A DNA stretch of 64,000 nt from Podarcis melisellensis (lineage: Eukaryota): assembly GCA_964234715.1 (NCBI GenBank), contig OZ174275.1; one strand, written 5' to 3'. The position numbers and the translations under genes are program-made. Positions 24,387 through 36,938 of the stretch are shown here, in pieces (position 1 is the stretch's first letter; each line of letters starts with the position of its first letter). Below the pieces are notes generated by a model. The model did no database searches and was not told the DNA's origin. It was given only the letters and a program-made list of their open reading frames with translations.

Positions 24387-26208
24387 TATTTTTAAAATTC
24401 CTATTCTGCCCTCTATCTGAACATGCTATCAGGGCTAGATATTATCACATAAACAGAAATTTAAAATACAGCAAAAAATTCAGAGTAGATAAACAATAAA
24501 ACAATGACTACAGATCCAGGCCATATTTGCCACTAGAGAGAATGTATAATAATAATGCTGCTGCTGTATCCAGCACAGTAGTTATGCTTGTGAAGCTGGG
24601 TTCTGTTTCCTTTCCTTCCCTGCACATCTCCAAAATCTGCTCTGTAGGGTGTCCCAACGCTCTGGAAATAATTTGGGTATGTGTGGGAGGCTGGAAAAAA
24701 ACAGAAGAGGAATAGGAAGTTTATTGTGTTGGTCTGTTGTGTGGGTAGAGCTGTAACACTGGATTCAGCCCATACAAAACTAGAAATATTTACCCTTCAC
24801 TTAGCAGACCTGTCAAACTCTTTGCATCATACTCATTTTTTCCTCGAAAAAAGGGGAACGAGTTTGGGGTTTTTTGGTGAGTGATGATACTGGCTTTTTC
24901 AGAACGTGTTGCCTTATCACAGAACGGTTTTTCTTCTAGCTTTTTGGATTATGGTTATTGATTCTTTAGTGTAAAGAAGCCAATATTTATAGGGCATTGG
25001 GACAACCTTATATATTAGAATTGGGCAGGGAAGGCAGTTGGGCCAAATGTTGTATGTTCTTGTAAATGGATGCTTGAGATTAATTTGGCTGCCACTAGGC
25101 AGGTACAGCTGAATAAAGCTGAATGAATTTATGTAGACCTGCTTGCTGGTTTTACTGAAAGCATTTGAGTTGAATCATTGTTTCTTCATTGATGTGACTT
25201 TGTATAAAACTCTGCGTTGGAAAAGCTATGTAATTTGTACCATAGTTCTCTTGATCAGGTTGCTCCTACATTTTTGAACATGGGATGCTAAAAGTGAACA
25301 CCAGGAACTGGGAGGTGCTTCTGTGGTTTTCTGTTGCACATGCTTCCTTTTGAAGCATCAAGGACTTTTAATTTGTCAGATACAGGATACCGACTAGGTG
25401 CCACTTCTGTCTGGTCTTCTGTTTGGATTCAACTTTAGTGAATAATGCCATGACTATTGCCTTCGTTTTTCATATGTTCTGACCTCCTCTGCTTCATCCC
25501 TACATGGTTTGTCCCTTCTGCTGACACATGCTTTCAGACTCTATTCTTAGATTTAATTACTTCTGTGCTAGTATTGGAACCCTATTTGAAGCTTAAATTT
25601 AAATCCATGGATGGACTCCAAATAGCATATTAGGCTGCTATGAACCCCATACTCTTGTTGTTCCTTCAGATGCTCACATAGCATTTTGGACAGGATGCTT
25701 CCTTCCTGTTGCGCTTTTCACCTGAAATGGCTTTCCTGCACTTTCCATTTCAGTCACTTCCCCTGCCCCTTGTTGCTTTCTAGTACTACACAGTGCTTTT
25801 GCAATTAATCTTCTACTCCTGAAATTCTACCGAGAATTTATGTAGGAGTTTAGATTGCTAAAAGCTCTTCCCCTACATTGTCCCAGTAAAGCTGCAGTTT
25901 ATATATTTAACTCGGAGATTGCAATTTGCCACTTGTCTACATGGCCTGGGGTGAAATAGCAATTACTCAGTGAAGGAATAACATTAGGTGGTGTGGTGGG
26001 GTTGATGGTGTCCTAGTTGCCTGTCCTTTAAAGTTGAGGCATTCTACATCTCTTAGCCAAGGGAAAGATCAAAACTTTGCAGTGGCGGTTGTCCTTTAAA
26101 ACCTGTCTCAGGTGCCTGGTCTTAGAATACTGGGACTGGCCGGAACAACAGAGAGAGTGGACCCTGTGAGCAAAGAGTACTGTATGTGTTTGTTCATTCC
26201 TTGTATTT

Positions 26209-26371
26209 NNNNNNNNNNNNNNNNNNNNNNNNNNNNNNNNNNNNNNNNNNNNNNNNNNNNNNNNNNNNNNNNNNNNNNNNNNNNNNNNNNNNNNNNNNNN
26301 NNNNNNNNNNNNNNNNNNNNNNNNNNNNNNNNNNNNNNNNNNNNNNNNNNNNNNNNNNNNNNNNNNNNNNN
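26209..26371. other. Assembly gap (163 N) in intron 3
   Basis: Run of N. Confidence 1.
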
Positions 26372-26747
26372 TCTGCTGTTTCTGTGCACCAGGGTTCACT
26401 TTTTAATCAATGTGTGGATCAAATCGTATATTCTGTGAATATTCATATTCCATTCCTGTTGCACATCAGTAAGGTGGATTCCCTATTGCCTCTTCTTGTT
26501 TTTTTTTTTTTTTGCACCTGTGGATAAAGATTTTTCAGAAGCGATTTGAGCTGAGATCTGTTATTCCAGTGTATTTGAACCAAATTTGAATTGCTTTGGT
26601 TTTGCACATGTATTTGCATTGCTGATATTGTTGAGTGCTTTGAAGTATTTCATATGAAATGATAATAGGATAATAATAGGATGATGATGATGATAGCAGC
26701 AGCAGCATCTACCATAATGGTTTGTTTTTCCCTTTGTATCCCCTTAG

Positions 26748-26877
26748 AATTTGGCTTTGTGGCCTTGATATTCTCTGCAGCCCTTGCCTACTTCCCATCA
26801 CGTCCTCCATTTCCACCCAGTGTAGCTGCAGCTAGCCAGAGGCTCAGCTACAGAAGAAGTTTTTGTAGGCTATTAAG
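26748..26877 (+). CDS. SLC49A4: SLC49A4 exon 4 ([43 protein letters not shown])
   Basis: Inside ORF 26681..26965. Acceptor atccccttag, donor ag|gtatgt, 130 nt. Confidence 0.96.
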
Positions 26878-28584
26878 GTATGTATACTTTGGCCAGCTTG
26901 GTACAGGAGGTCATGGCACTCCTGCCCTTTTTATAATGTTTGTGGGTTTTAAAATAATATTGTAAGCTACAATATTAAGCTACAGTATGTATTGTAGTGT
27001 GTTGTATTGTAAGCTACAATACATACTGCTTTTCCAGGGTGCAGTCTTCCACAATTTTGGAATTATGTATCTCAACAATTACTATGGTACAACAAAATGA
27101 CATTATAACAGAAAGGCGTTTTAAAAGCCAGTGAAACAGATTAGTTTGTTCATGTTGACTAAGAAGCTGAATCAGTTCTCTATTTTTAGTGAGGATTTTG
27201 TGTATCTTCATCGAAGCAAAATGAAGTCTCCTTACCAGTCAAGCCTAAATTGTGCAAGGAAAATGAACTATGCAGCATTTGTTGTTTTAAAAAGTTTTTC
27301 TAAAACTGTAGGGAAATACATTCAGGGATCATTTCTATAGTTATTTACTTCTAGAGAAGTTAACTTGAAGGTGGTCTGCTGAGCAAACCATGAGGAGTCA
27401 AGTGTTATTTTCTGAGTGTGAACTGAGTGGGTAGCAAAATGTATCTGTTACTTACTATTGATGACCGTTCTGCCCTCCTTATATAAGAAGATTGACAAGA
27501 GGAAACAAAGACTGAGTAGAGAGATAAAAACATGGGGGGTGATCCTTTCTACTTTGGGTGGTGCACCAGTGAACAGAGTGATTCCCCCATAAGACCTAAT
27601 AATTCCTGTTTATTCTCTACTTAATCTAAACTTTCAAATATACCTTTGGAAATAATCTCTACAAGCTTACTCTTTCTTAAGGCAAAAACAGAGCTTCTCG
27701 GGGAACCTTCTTTTGCAGACAAACCTGTGTTCTATGCTTTTTCTACATGCTCACAAAATTATGCCAAACGCCCTTGCTATACACTAATACATGATTCCTC
27801 GTTTATATTCTCATTGTTCCCTGACACGCCTTGGAAACTCAGGAGAAGATAATCTCTCAAATGATTTATTCTTCTTCCCAGAGAACTTGAGTACTGCAAG
27901 GACAGAGAAGAAGAGACCCTAATTCCTCTGTTAATTGTGGCTTATATTTTTTGGGTCCCAAAATGGAATTAGCCAGTCAGTAGAAGCTGAGGAGTATGCA
28001 AGATACTGTTTTATATATATAAAGTATCAATTTCCATTTAGGACACTTGGCACCATTTTTGCTGCTGTCACCTGAGAGCCAGCCTCCTTGTCTGCCTGCA
28101 GGCTGTGTTGTAAAAATGTTACTGTCAAATAAAAACCTGAATAACAGCTGGATCTGCAGGTGGAATATAAAATGCCTATTGACAGGGCTCCATCTGGGAG
28201 CCATGTTAATAAAATGGATGCTTGTTCATAATATTCTAAACGCTGAATCTGAGATCCCTGTAAAGTTGAATGGAGAACTACAAAAGTTCAATTTTACCAG
28301 CTTTTTAAAGATAAAAGAAAAAAGAATACACTCCTATACTTACATACTGAATATATTTCTGTCTATGAGGCTGTAATTTGAAATGCTGGTCACGATTAAT
28401 AATGTAAGAGCACACTAATTCTTTGTTGGCTGTTTCCCTTTTAAGAAGCCCTTGGAACTTACTCTTTCATTTACCTTGTACACTATATTTTCCTGACCTT
28501 CCAAATGCTTCTTAATTTTTTGTCTCTTGAGTAGATGTGACTGTGTGTAAATAAGCTGTCACTGGACGGATGTTTTAAATGGTT

Positions 28585-28665
28585 TTGGGAGAATTGTGAG
28601 GGTAAAATGGGGAGGAGAAGCATCTACACCACCTTGAGCTCCATATATAAATGAAATAAATAAAT
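28585..28665 (+). mobile_element. 3' half of a Squam3-like SINE
   Basis: ttgtgagggtaaaatggggaggagaagcatctacaccaccttgagctcc followed by an aataaataaata tail. Confidence 0.55.
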
Positions 28666-30947
28666 ACAGATAGTGCCTAGTATGCAAATTGTGTATGCTG
28701 TGCAAATGTAATAATCTCGAAAGCTGTTGCCTTCAGAATTCTTCATGTGCTATCAGAGCATATACTGGTCAGGTTTAATCACGGCATTGTTATTTAGAAT
28801 CTAGACAATGAATGAATAGTGCAGAAGTTTTTCTCTTGAACTATTGTAGTTACTGGCCAGTAAGTGATTTGCATTGAGCTGCGTGTTGTGTTGTGTAAGC
28901 TCATTTAGGAAGATGCAGTGTTGTTGTTTTTTTGGATATCAGCAATACGCTGCTGCTGTTCCATCCTTGCTTCAGTGCAAACTGGGGTGTTGGTGTTGGC
29001 GATTCGTCCTCTGTGCATCCTATTCAGTGTCCTTTCTTTTCTATTTGTAATATTTGTGCTGAAGTGTGCATCAACATTGATGTCCGTGTTGTGTGATCAG
29101 TGTACAATTTCATTAGCTGTGTCAGCTCATGCTTGTTTGCCTACCATATTTATCTGCCACTTTTCAGATAAATGTCACAGAGTAGTTTACATCAAGGCTG
29201 GGGAACCTGAAGGCCCACCAGATGTTCTTGGGCTAGCTACCATCATCTCTGGTTATTGACAGTCCTGGTTGGGCAATCCTATCTGGTATATGGTTCCCTA
29301 GCCCTAACTTACATAAAATATTAATTCAGTAAGTACTACTAAAACTATGTAATAAAACAATAAAGACAAGCAGCAGGAGAAACCCTATAGAGAGTCAAAT
29401 TTCCTCTCAGAGAAGGATATTAAATAAATGGTATGTGTTTTGGTTTCCTTGTTTTCGGAGTGGAGTCTTGCGTTCACAATAACTGGTTCAAGGATCGTAT
29501 TGGGTTCTTGTTATGTACCATAGGTGGTCCCCACTCCAGTGTGTCCCCCCCACCACTAGCATCGCCTCTGATTCTTCTGCTGTGTTTGCATTCGCCCACC
29601 ATTGTAGTGTCTTCAAACACTTTGCTGAAGCATGACTTGTGATGCTGCACAGGTGGAGCTGCAGGCATTGCACTTGGTGCTGTTCACCCAGAATGGATGA
29701 GGCTGTTTATCATAGCTATTAATGGAAGGTGTTTAATCATTTTTGTCTAGAGTAAGTAGCTTATTTTATAATTGGTTGTAGCAGAGTGAATTATTTCTTG
29801 CTTAAGAAGCAGGAAGCTAGAAGTATATGACTACTAAGCCTTAGTATTTATTTCTTTGTGCAGGATTGCATCCAGCTAAGTAACTGTGGACATGGAATGG
29901 TTCTGTGAGCATTCCATGAGTGAAACTTTCCCTCCCTCTGCTCCCCTTGCATATACTCCAGATCTGGTCTGGGGATTCTTCCAACCCTTTGGGCCAGATT
30001 AGTGGGTATGGGGAGAAGAGGGAGTTAGTTGTTAAATTTCTTCAAATATTACTTCTAAATATTACTTTTATTTTAATCACTTGAGAGAAAGATGACTGGC
30101 TGTAGCTTTCTGTAGGTTGGTACCATGTGTTTATGTTTGTGTGCATTTTAAACAAATAGATTATAAATTATATTCTAAAGCTTTACATTGGAGAAGATTC
30201 AATTTGGTAATTTTTCTCCTTATTTAATAGTTATATCATGTGGCATCTCAATTCAGTCTTGGTATATAGCTACTACTAAATAGTGGCAGAATCATTGCCA
30301 ACATCATTTACTGGTTATACAAATGACCAATTTTCCCCCAGCTCTGTGAACCATTTCTCCTATACCTAGAATGGATCTTCTACCTTTTCTGTACCTAAAA
30401 TAGTTTTAAACCTAACTCAATGCAGCAGAGATCGATTGCACTGCAAAATACTGATGCTATAAATTACAGCAGGTGCGGTTTAGTATATGAGGTGTGGGAA
30501 GAAAGAAGGAATCCTAATAGTTTAAATAATTCTGCCATCTCAACGGACATGTTAGTAATTTTGAAAAGGTTAAGCAGAGAATGGAAAGGCACGAGAACAC
30601 GATAAGTCTTCCATTCCCTTATTAATAAGAAAACCAACATGAGCATTTGGTGAAGACTATATTTATAATGCCTTTTATGTCAGAATAAATGGCTTGGCGC
30701 ATGGTGCAGAATCAAAAGGTGTTTCCATCTCATTGCTACATGTGAGAAGATATTTGAAAGCAGGGCTGTAAAGAGAATGCCATAGCTGCATTATGTGCAA
30801 ATTGCATTGAAACAGTTCTTTAGAAAGAAATTAGCATATAGGTGGTGATGGTGATGATAAAATCTGGGGTTTGCAACAGCTGATCATGTCATTTCTGTGA
30901 AATTTTGCTTGGGTGGTTACTTTTGTTTAAGGATTTTTGAAAAATTA

Positions 30948-31105
30948 ACTGTTGCTCTCGCAGTAGGGCTCTGTTTTGTGGAAGCTGACTTGTTGTTATG
31001 GGAAGCAGTTCTGTTCTGCTCAAATAAAGCACGTGTACAAAACGACCCTTCCCATACCAGCAAGTCACCTTCCACAAAACAGAGCCCTACTGCAAGAGCA
31101 ACAGT
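30948..31105. repeat. Long inverted repeat / fold-back hairpin (58-bp arms, 4 differences)
   Basis: actgttgctctcgcagtagggctctgttttgtggaagctgacttgttgttatgggaag ... cttcccataccagcaagtcaccttccacaaaacagagccctactgcaagagcaacagt. Opposite-strand ORFs both read TVALAVGLCFVE. Confidence 0.95.
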
Positions 31106-33567
31106 CCCCATCTGACCTGCTGACCCATGCTACTGAACTTAACAGGGAAAAGACAAATTCTTAATACAGAACATAATACTGATTTACTGGCCATGCCTTT
31201 AGTAAATCATGGACAGTAAAGCTGTATGATCCCTGCAGTTCTCAAATGGAAACAGTTGAGAAGCATATATTTCTTTCTAAACAGATAACAGCTTGTTGTT
31301 TCCTTCATTTACAGTAAAGTTGTTTCTTTGGGGCTTTTCTGTCAGCTCTTGCTTACTTGACAAGGTGATGATGATACAGCTTTCACAGCTTCACCTTTAG
31401 TGTGCAGTGAAGGTGAATTGTTTTTAAGAGGGGGAAAACGCTGAATCCCTTAGCACAGCTTCTTGGAGTTGTCTCTGTCTTAATGGAAATGGTAGTCATT
31501 ATTTCCAAATTCCTTTCTTCTTCCCTTCCCCCTTCCAAAGGCTTTCAAGTGAATAATTTCTATAGATTTATTTGAATACTTCCATTTTTTTGAGATTTTT
31601 CTCCTTGTGCCGTGGACCATGTGTAAATCACTATGTTGCTAGGCAAAAATAGAGATTCGGAGAGGCACATTTGTACAGGATCTTGTTTGCCATTTCAGCA
31701 TATCACATTAGTTATCGTCTGATGTAAGTGAAGCTGGGCTTCTTTCTTCCTCATAGTTTCAGTAGGGCACAGGCATGACATATTTGAAAAAGGTTGAAGA
31801 GTTTTCTGTATAGTGCACTCTACCGGGTAGTTGGCTGTTCAGCCAGGTACCCAACTCAACAACTGTGTATCTTCAAGCCAAGTTGGTTACATGTGTAGTA
31901 AACACACAGATGTTATTCTTTGATGGATGAATGGAGTGTACTTGGCAAAAAAATCACTTCCTCTGTTTACTATTTGGTAAACAAATAGCTAAAGAAAAAG
32001 AGAAGAGTGCAATTAAGCAGATGTTTCAAGTGCTTACGTGTATATTACATTTTATCTCATTGGCTGCTTTTAAGAATAGCACTTCAGCTCTTACCATTCC
32101 ACCCAAGTTGGAGCTAATTCTGTAGAATTAAGCAGCAATCGAAGCAGTGAGGGGAGAAAATGTAACTGCAGACAACCTTCAGCATGATTTAGGATTGGTC
32201 CTCGGTTATATTTTGATTTTAAGCTGGATATCCCGTAGCTCATGCTGCAAATATAATATCCATAATTTAGGGCTCCATGTTGCTATGGATCAGGGATCGC
32301 TCCCAACACCACAATCTACCAGCTCTATAGCCATGTTCCCTGCTATTGATAGGAGTCTAATAGGGTGGAAATGCAAATGGAGCTGCAGGCAGAAGCCAGT
32401 TTCCGAGTTTCTGTCTGTTTTTCATGCTGGTGTGTAATCAAGGAACTGAGGTGTGTCTGAATAGTAAAAGCAACAAATAAAGTTGAAAAATATTATTTGT
32501 TACTAAAATATTTTGCTTTCGGCACTTAATGAACTGATTCTTGTTGTCTAACAAACGTTAGCACTCAAGGCAGTTTAATAAAAATAATAACAATGTTGAA
32601 GGCAAGGAAAGTCTGAAGCAGAAGCATGTCCTACAGATCACGCTGGAACATAATTAATGCTTTTAAAATGTGGTGCCAGAAAGAAGAGCTTAGCAACAGC
32701 AGTGTGAAGTACAGTAGGAAAACACATTAGCAGCTGCTTCTTTGATTGTTCAGTCATATACTTGGAGGAGACTAAAAAGAGATCTTGCCTAAATTCCTGC
32801 CACAACATTGTGCTATCTACTTGCTTAGCCTCCTGGCAAATCAGCTTAACACAATTCATATATTAGTGCTCTACAAAGTGAAAACACATTAAAGTAAATG
32901 CAGGGCCCCAGTAGCACTGGATGAATAAAAAAACCCAACCTATACACTTTGCCCTGCCTCATACATTCAGATGGGGGCACTACTGAGCAAGTGACTGTAA
33001 GAATATTCTTTCCCTCAGCCTATTAGCACATCTGTGAATGGTTCAATCACACAGAGTTCCTTTTTTTCCTTTTTTTTTAGGGAGAGAAGCCAAACAAACT
33101 CTGTCTCCATGAGACACTGAAGTGGAACACATGGGTTACATTGAAGATTATTTTGTGAGGATGAGGTGCCCTTGTAGTTTTTCCACCATACTGTTTCAGC
33201 TTGTCCATCCCCCCCAATGAATCAGGCTTATAAGACAAAAGCATTTCATTTCAACTCTTTAGGGTCCTTCAATATTTGTCCTGCTACAAATTTTCCTCTA
33301 AAATATGTGGTACCAACATCTGAACATGAGAGAACTCCATCCACAAGCTGTGACTTCTTGCAATAGTTATGTGACTGCAGAGGTACTTAACCTTTGATAA
33401 GCCTTCAGGGTTTATATATGGTGCTATTTAGATTTAGTTATTGATTTAATTGCATTTCTGAGTTTCCTAATAAAAGTTTTCTCTAAGTGAAGTCGACAAA
33501 GTTAAAACAGAACAACTTGATAATCTTACACTGGCAAAACTGTTCCTAATTATTATTTTCCTTTCAG

Positions 33568-33676
33568 CAACCCACGGTTTCTGATGATTGCTCTAGCCTA
33601 TGCTATACCATTGGGTGTTTTCTCGGGATGGTCTGGTGTTCTAGACTTGATATTAACCCCAAAGGACATAAGCCAA
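33568..33676 (+). CDS. SLC49A4: SLC49A4 exon 5 ([37 protein letters not shown])
   Basis: Acceptor ttttcctttcag, donor caa|gtatgt, 109 nt. Translated by hand. Confidence 0.96.
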
Positions 33677-33944
33677 GTATGTATATGTGTATATTGTTTA
33701 GCTTCGCTTATGCATCATAGGCAAAATACTGGTTTTGCTACTGGCAACTGAACCAACCAAGCAAGATGCACTGGATACTATGTCCTACTTTTTTAGTAAA
33801 AGTGCCAATGGGTTGGAGTTGAAATAGATGCTGAAAACATTTGCAGATAACAGAGGCTAAGGAAAAAGGATAACACTGGTGTCTCTTGAAATGTGTGTAT
33901 TGACTTTTTTTGAACTAAATCCTGTAGAAATCTAGGAGGGAAAT

Positions 33945-34120
33945 GTTATCAAGTGAAACTGATTGGCAATAGATTTGAGTTAGACAAAAGGAGATATTTA
34001 ATCAAACATCACAAAATTCACTTATACTATTTGCTGCCACAAGAAATTGTGACTGTCATTGTCTTAGATGACTTTGAAAAGGAGATTAGACAAATTAATG
34101 GAGAATAGGTCTATCAAAGG
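33945..34120 (+). mobile_element. Old CR1 LINE 3' fragment in intron 5
   Basis: aaactgattggcaatagattt...gacaaaaggagata...ttgctgccacaaga...ttagatgactttgaaaaggagattagacaaattaatggag. Confidence 0.65.
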
Positions 34121-34241
34121 TGAAATAGAACTACAGAGTGCTGTACCTCTGAATTCTAGTGGGTATTTGCTTATAGTAAATACTATCATGGTTACTGTGC
34201 TTGAAATAACACAGTGTTGTTCACTCTTAAATCTTTTCTAG

Positions 34242-34309
34242 GTGGATGCAGGTTGGATTGGATTTTGGTCTATTGTAGGAGGTTGTATTGTTGGCATAGC
34301 ACTGGCAAG
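34242..34309 (+). CDS. SLC49A4: SLC49A4 exon 6 (VDAGWIGFWSIVGGCIVGIALAR)
   Basis: Acceptor atcttttctag, donor ag|gtaagt, 68 nt. Confidence 0.96.
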
Positions 34310-34904
34310 GTAAGTATCACAGTCATACGTCATTTTATTTTTCTTCATTGCAATTGTCTTTTAGTTATACTGAAACAATACCCCTCAGGATCATTTCCTG
34401 TCATCTATGACAATTGTAAAAGAAGAAATGCTTTTTTGTGGGGGGGAAATAGGTTCATCTTCTAGCATAGCAATTTGTGTGTTTCATGATCTTTTTAGGC
34501 AGTGACTGCTGGAAATTCCATTTGCTCAGTCATCAAACTGAGCAGTTCATATTATTGTGTTTGACAAGTGCTCCCTATCCACTCCATCCAAAGGTGGAAA
34601 GAACCACTTAGGTAAAATAATCAAGGAACCATCAGTGGGGTTTTCCTACCTGTTTGCTTTCAGCTCCTCCATTACAGATGTGATGGATTCCTCAACAGAA
34701 TAGTTAGAGAGATTTGATAGCTCTGATGTCATGTTGAGGTTTTTTGTTTTAGAGAAGAAAAGTCGGGCTTATGAGGTGCAGTTAATTTACAAGTTCTCTG
34801 ATTTATTAACTGCTCAGAGATAACAAACCCAAATATTACACTGTGGTTTGATGCTGGTTTGGTATCATATTTTGTTATCCTTACTATGGGGTAAAAATTG
34901 GTAG

Positions 34905-35046
34905 AGCATCTAGCTCAGTTGGTAGAGACTCTTAATCTCAGGGTCATGGTTTTGAGCCCTACACTGTGCAAAAGATTATTGCATTGCTGGGGGTGTACTA
35001 GTTGACCCTTGTGATCCGTTCCAGGTCTACAATCCTCTGATTCTAT
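34905..35046 (+). mobile_element. tRNA-Lys(CTT)-derived SINE with CR1 3' tail
   Basis: Head tagctcagttggtagag...actcttaatctcagggtcatggttttgagccc (degenerate tRNA-Lys with CTT anticodon loop); tail gcattgctgggggtgtactagttgaccct...ttccaggtctacaatcctctgattcta matches the CR1 end at 44303-44370. Confidence 0.85.
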
Positions 35047-36209
35047 ATAGAGTCTTCTTATAAGGGTTAAGAATTGAGTCTCTTGATGCCACTGGTGCTT
35101 CAAATCCACAAGTTCTTTTGAGATGGGGCTCCCCCCTATTATCAGGTCCTACATCCTGTATAAGACTTTGTCCTCCCAGCCCTTGTGGAATTGGGCTCCA
35201 CAAAAATTCTTCTATTGCTGTGGAGTTCGAAAATGATTTCGTAGCAGTTACAAAAGACATTAAAAGAGTATTCTGAGACTGAAAGCAAGTTTTATGTTTT
35301 AAAAATTAATCTACTACAAAAGGTCAAGATTTTACATAATAGGTCTGAGTCAGCAGATATGCACTAGCATCATCTCATGACTAGAAGAGGATGGCCTTCC
35401 AAGCTCAGTTTAAGAGCACAATATAATTTATGAGCAGAAGAAGGAGCTTCCCAGTATTTAAAAGCGTCTATAGAAGCTTGGAAATAGTTTTTAACATGAT
35501 ATAGGAGATTACTGTTATTGAATGGATGTTGGCACATTTTGGGTTGCTGTTCTGTGTCTTAAATCCCATGGCTGTCACGAGTTCTGCTCTCTCACCTCTG
35601 GAATCTTTTTTAGTATCTCCTCCTATTCAACAGCCATTGCTTATTTTTACATGTTTCTGGAAACTTAATTTAGAAATGAAGTTGAACAGATTTAATTAGA
35701 GAGTGAAATCTGTTGCCAAGATTAGATTGGCCATATTTGAACATTAGAAAAATCCTTGGGCGTTTGTGACCAGACTGTATTGTGGTGAGCCTTAGGTTCT
35801 TGTATCTCCCTCCTTCACTCAAAACAGATTTGAAGCTTCCCATACTGGTTTGTAACTGTCCTGTGGACTGTGGGTGGGCCCAAGCCCTAGAATCCAAGGA
35901 GGCCAAGGCTTCAAACACGAGATTGCCAAAGAAGACATACAGAGACAACCATGGTGATTCACAAGTATTTAGCCTAATTTGAAAACTTAATCCAGTGTCA
36001 GGAACAGAGGAGATCTAGTCTAGGCAAAAGAAGTCAAGGAGTCTGGCGTTTGGGAGCTTGAAGAGCTGTGTTATTCTTCAGCAACTGTGAAGCTCAAGGA
36101 AGGGGCTGATAAAAGTCTGGCCTACCAGGCTGAGCCTAATCCCAGGCTGGTGTTTTAGGGCATTCTAAGAGCCCTTTATTTCAAACTTCAGTTTCTTGCT
36201 TCATCTGAG

Positions 36210-36385
36210 CTATTTATTTATTGGATTTATATACCGCCTGTCATCAAAGGATCTCAGGGGGGTTCACAACATAAAAATGCAGCATAAAAACACAAATAAG
36301 TAGCTTAAAGGCTGTGGAGTATTAATCAGCCAAAGGCCTGGTTGAAGAGGAACGTTTTCACCTGGCTCCTAAAGATGAAGGTGCT
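36210..36385 (-). mobile_element. L2-type LINE 3' end
   Basis: tttattggatttatataccgcc...ggttcacaa...aatcagccaaaggcctgg; reverse-complement match to 54443-54605. Confidence 0.7.
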
Positions 36386-36448
36386 CTTAAATTGGCAAAC
36401 CATTTTCTAGTCTTAAGATGACTAGTGCAGATATGCTGACTTCACATA

Positions 36449-36938
36449 CCGTATTTTTCGCCCTATAGGACACACTTTTTCCCCTCCAAAAATGAAGGGG
36501 AAATCTGTGTGCATCCTATGGGGTGAATGCAGGCTTTCGCTGAAGCCTGGAGAGCGAGAGGGGTCAGTGCGCACCGACCCCTCTCGCTCTCCAGGCTTCA
36601 GGAGAGCCGCAGCGCCAGCCCCACAAGTTCGGGGGACAGCGGGGAGGCGGAATGCCCCCATCCCGCTGTCTCCCAATGTGGTTTGGAGGCTGACGGGGAG
36701 ATGCGTGCTTCTCTCCGCCGCCAGCCCCGCAAGCTCCGGAGACAGCTGGGAGGCGCAGCGCGTCTTCCCGCTGTCCTCGGACCTGGTCTGCAGGCGTGCG
36801 GCGGGGAGAAGAGCGCTTCTCCCCGCTGCCGGCTCCACAAGCGCCTGGGGGGAAAATAAAATTTGTTTTCTTTATTTCCCCCCAAATAAACTTGGTGCGT
36901 CCTATGGGCCGGTGCGTCCTATGGGGCGAAAAATACGG
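36449..36938 (+). mobile_element. Tc2-type (pogo-like) MITE (family B), full length, CpG-rich
   Basis: TA|ccgtatttttcgccctataggacacac ... gtgcgtcctatggggcgaaaaatacgg|TA. Internal palindrome 36540-36601 with perfect 26-bp arms. Confidence 0.93.

Noticed and set aside
28031-28042. 12-mer tttccatttagg identical to the exon 2 acceptor (cryptic exon?)
   Set aside because: No good donor downstream and no homology to exon 2 beyond the 12-mer; compatible with chance.
34905-34985. tRNA-Lys gene
   Set aside because: Deletion at the D-arm/anticodon-stem junction, a mutated T-loop (ggttttga) and a CR1 tail make it a SINE head, not a functional tRNA.
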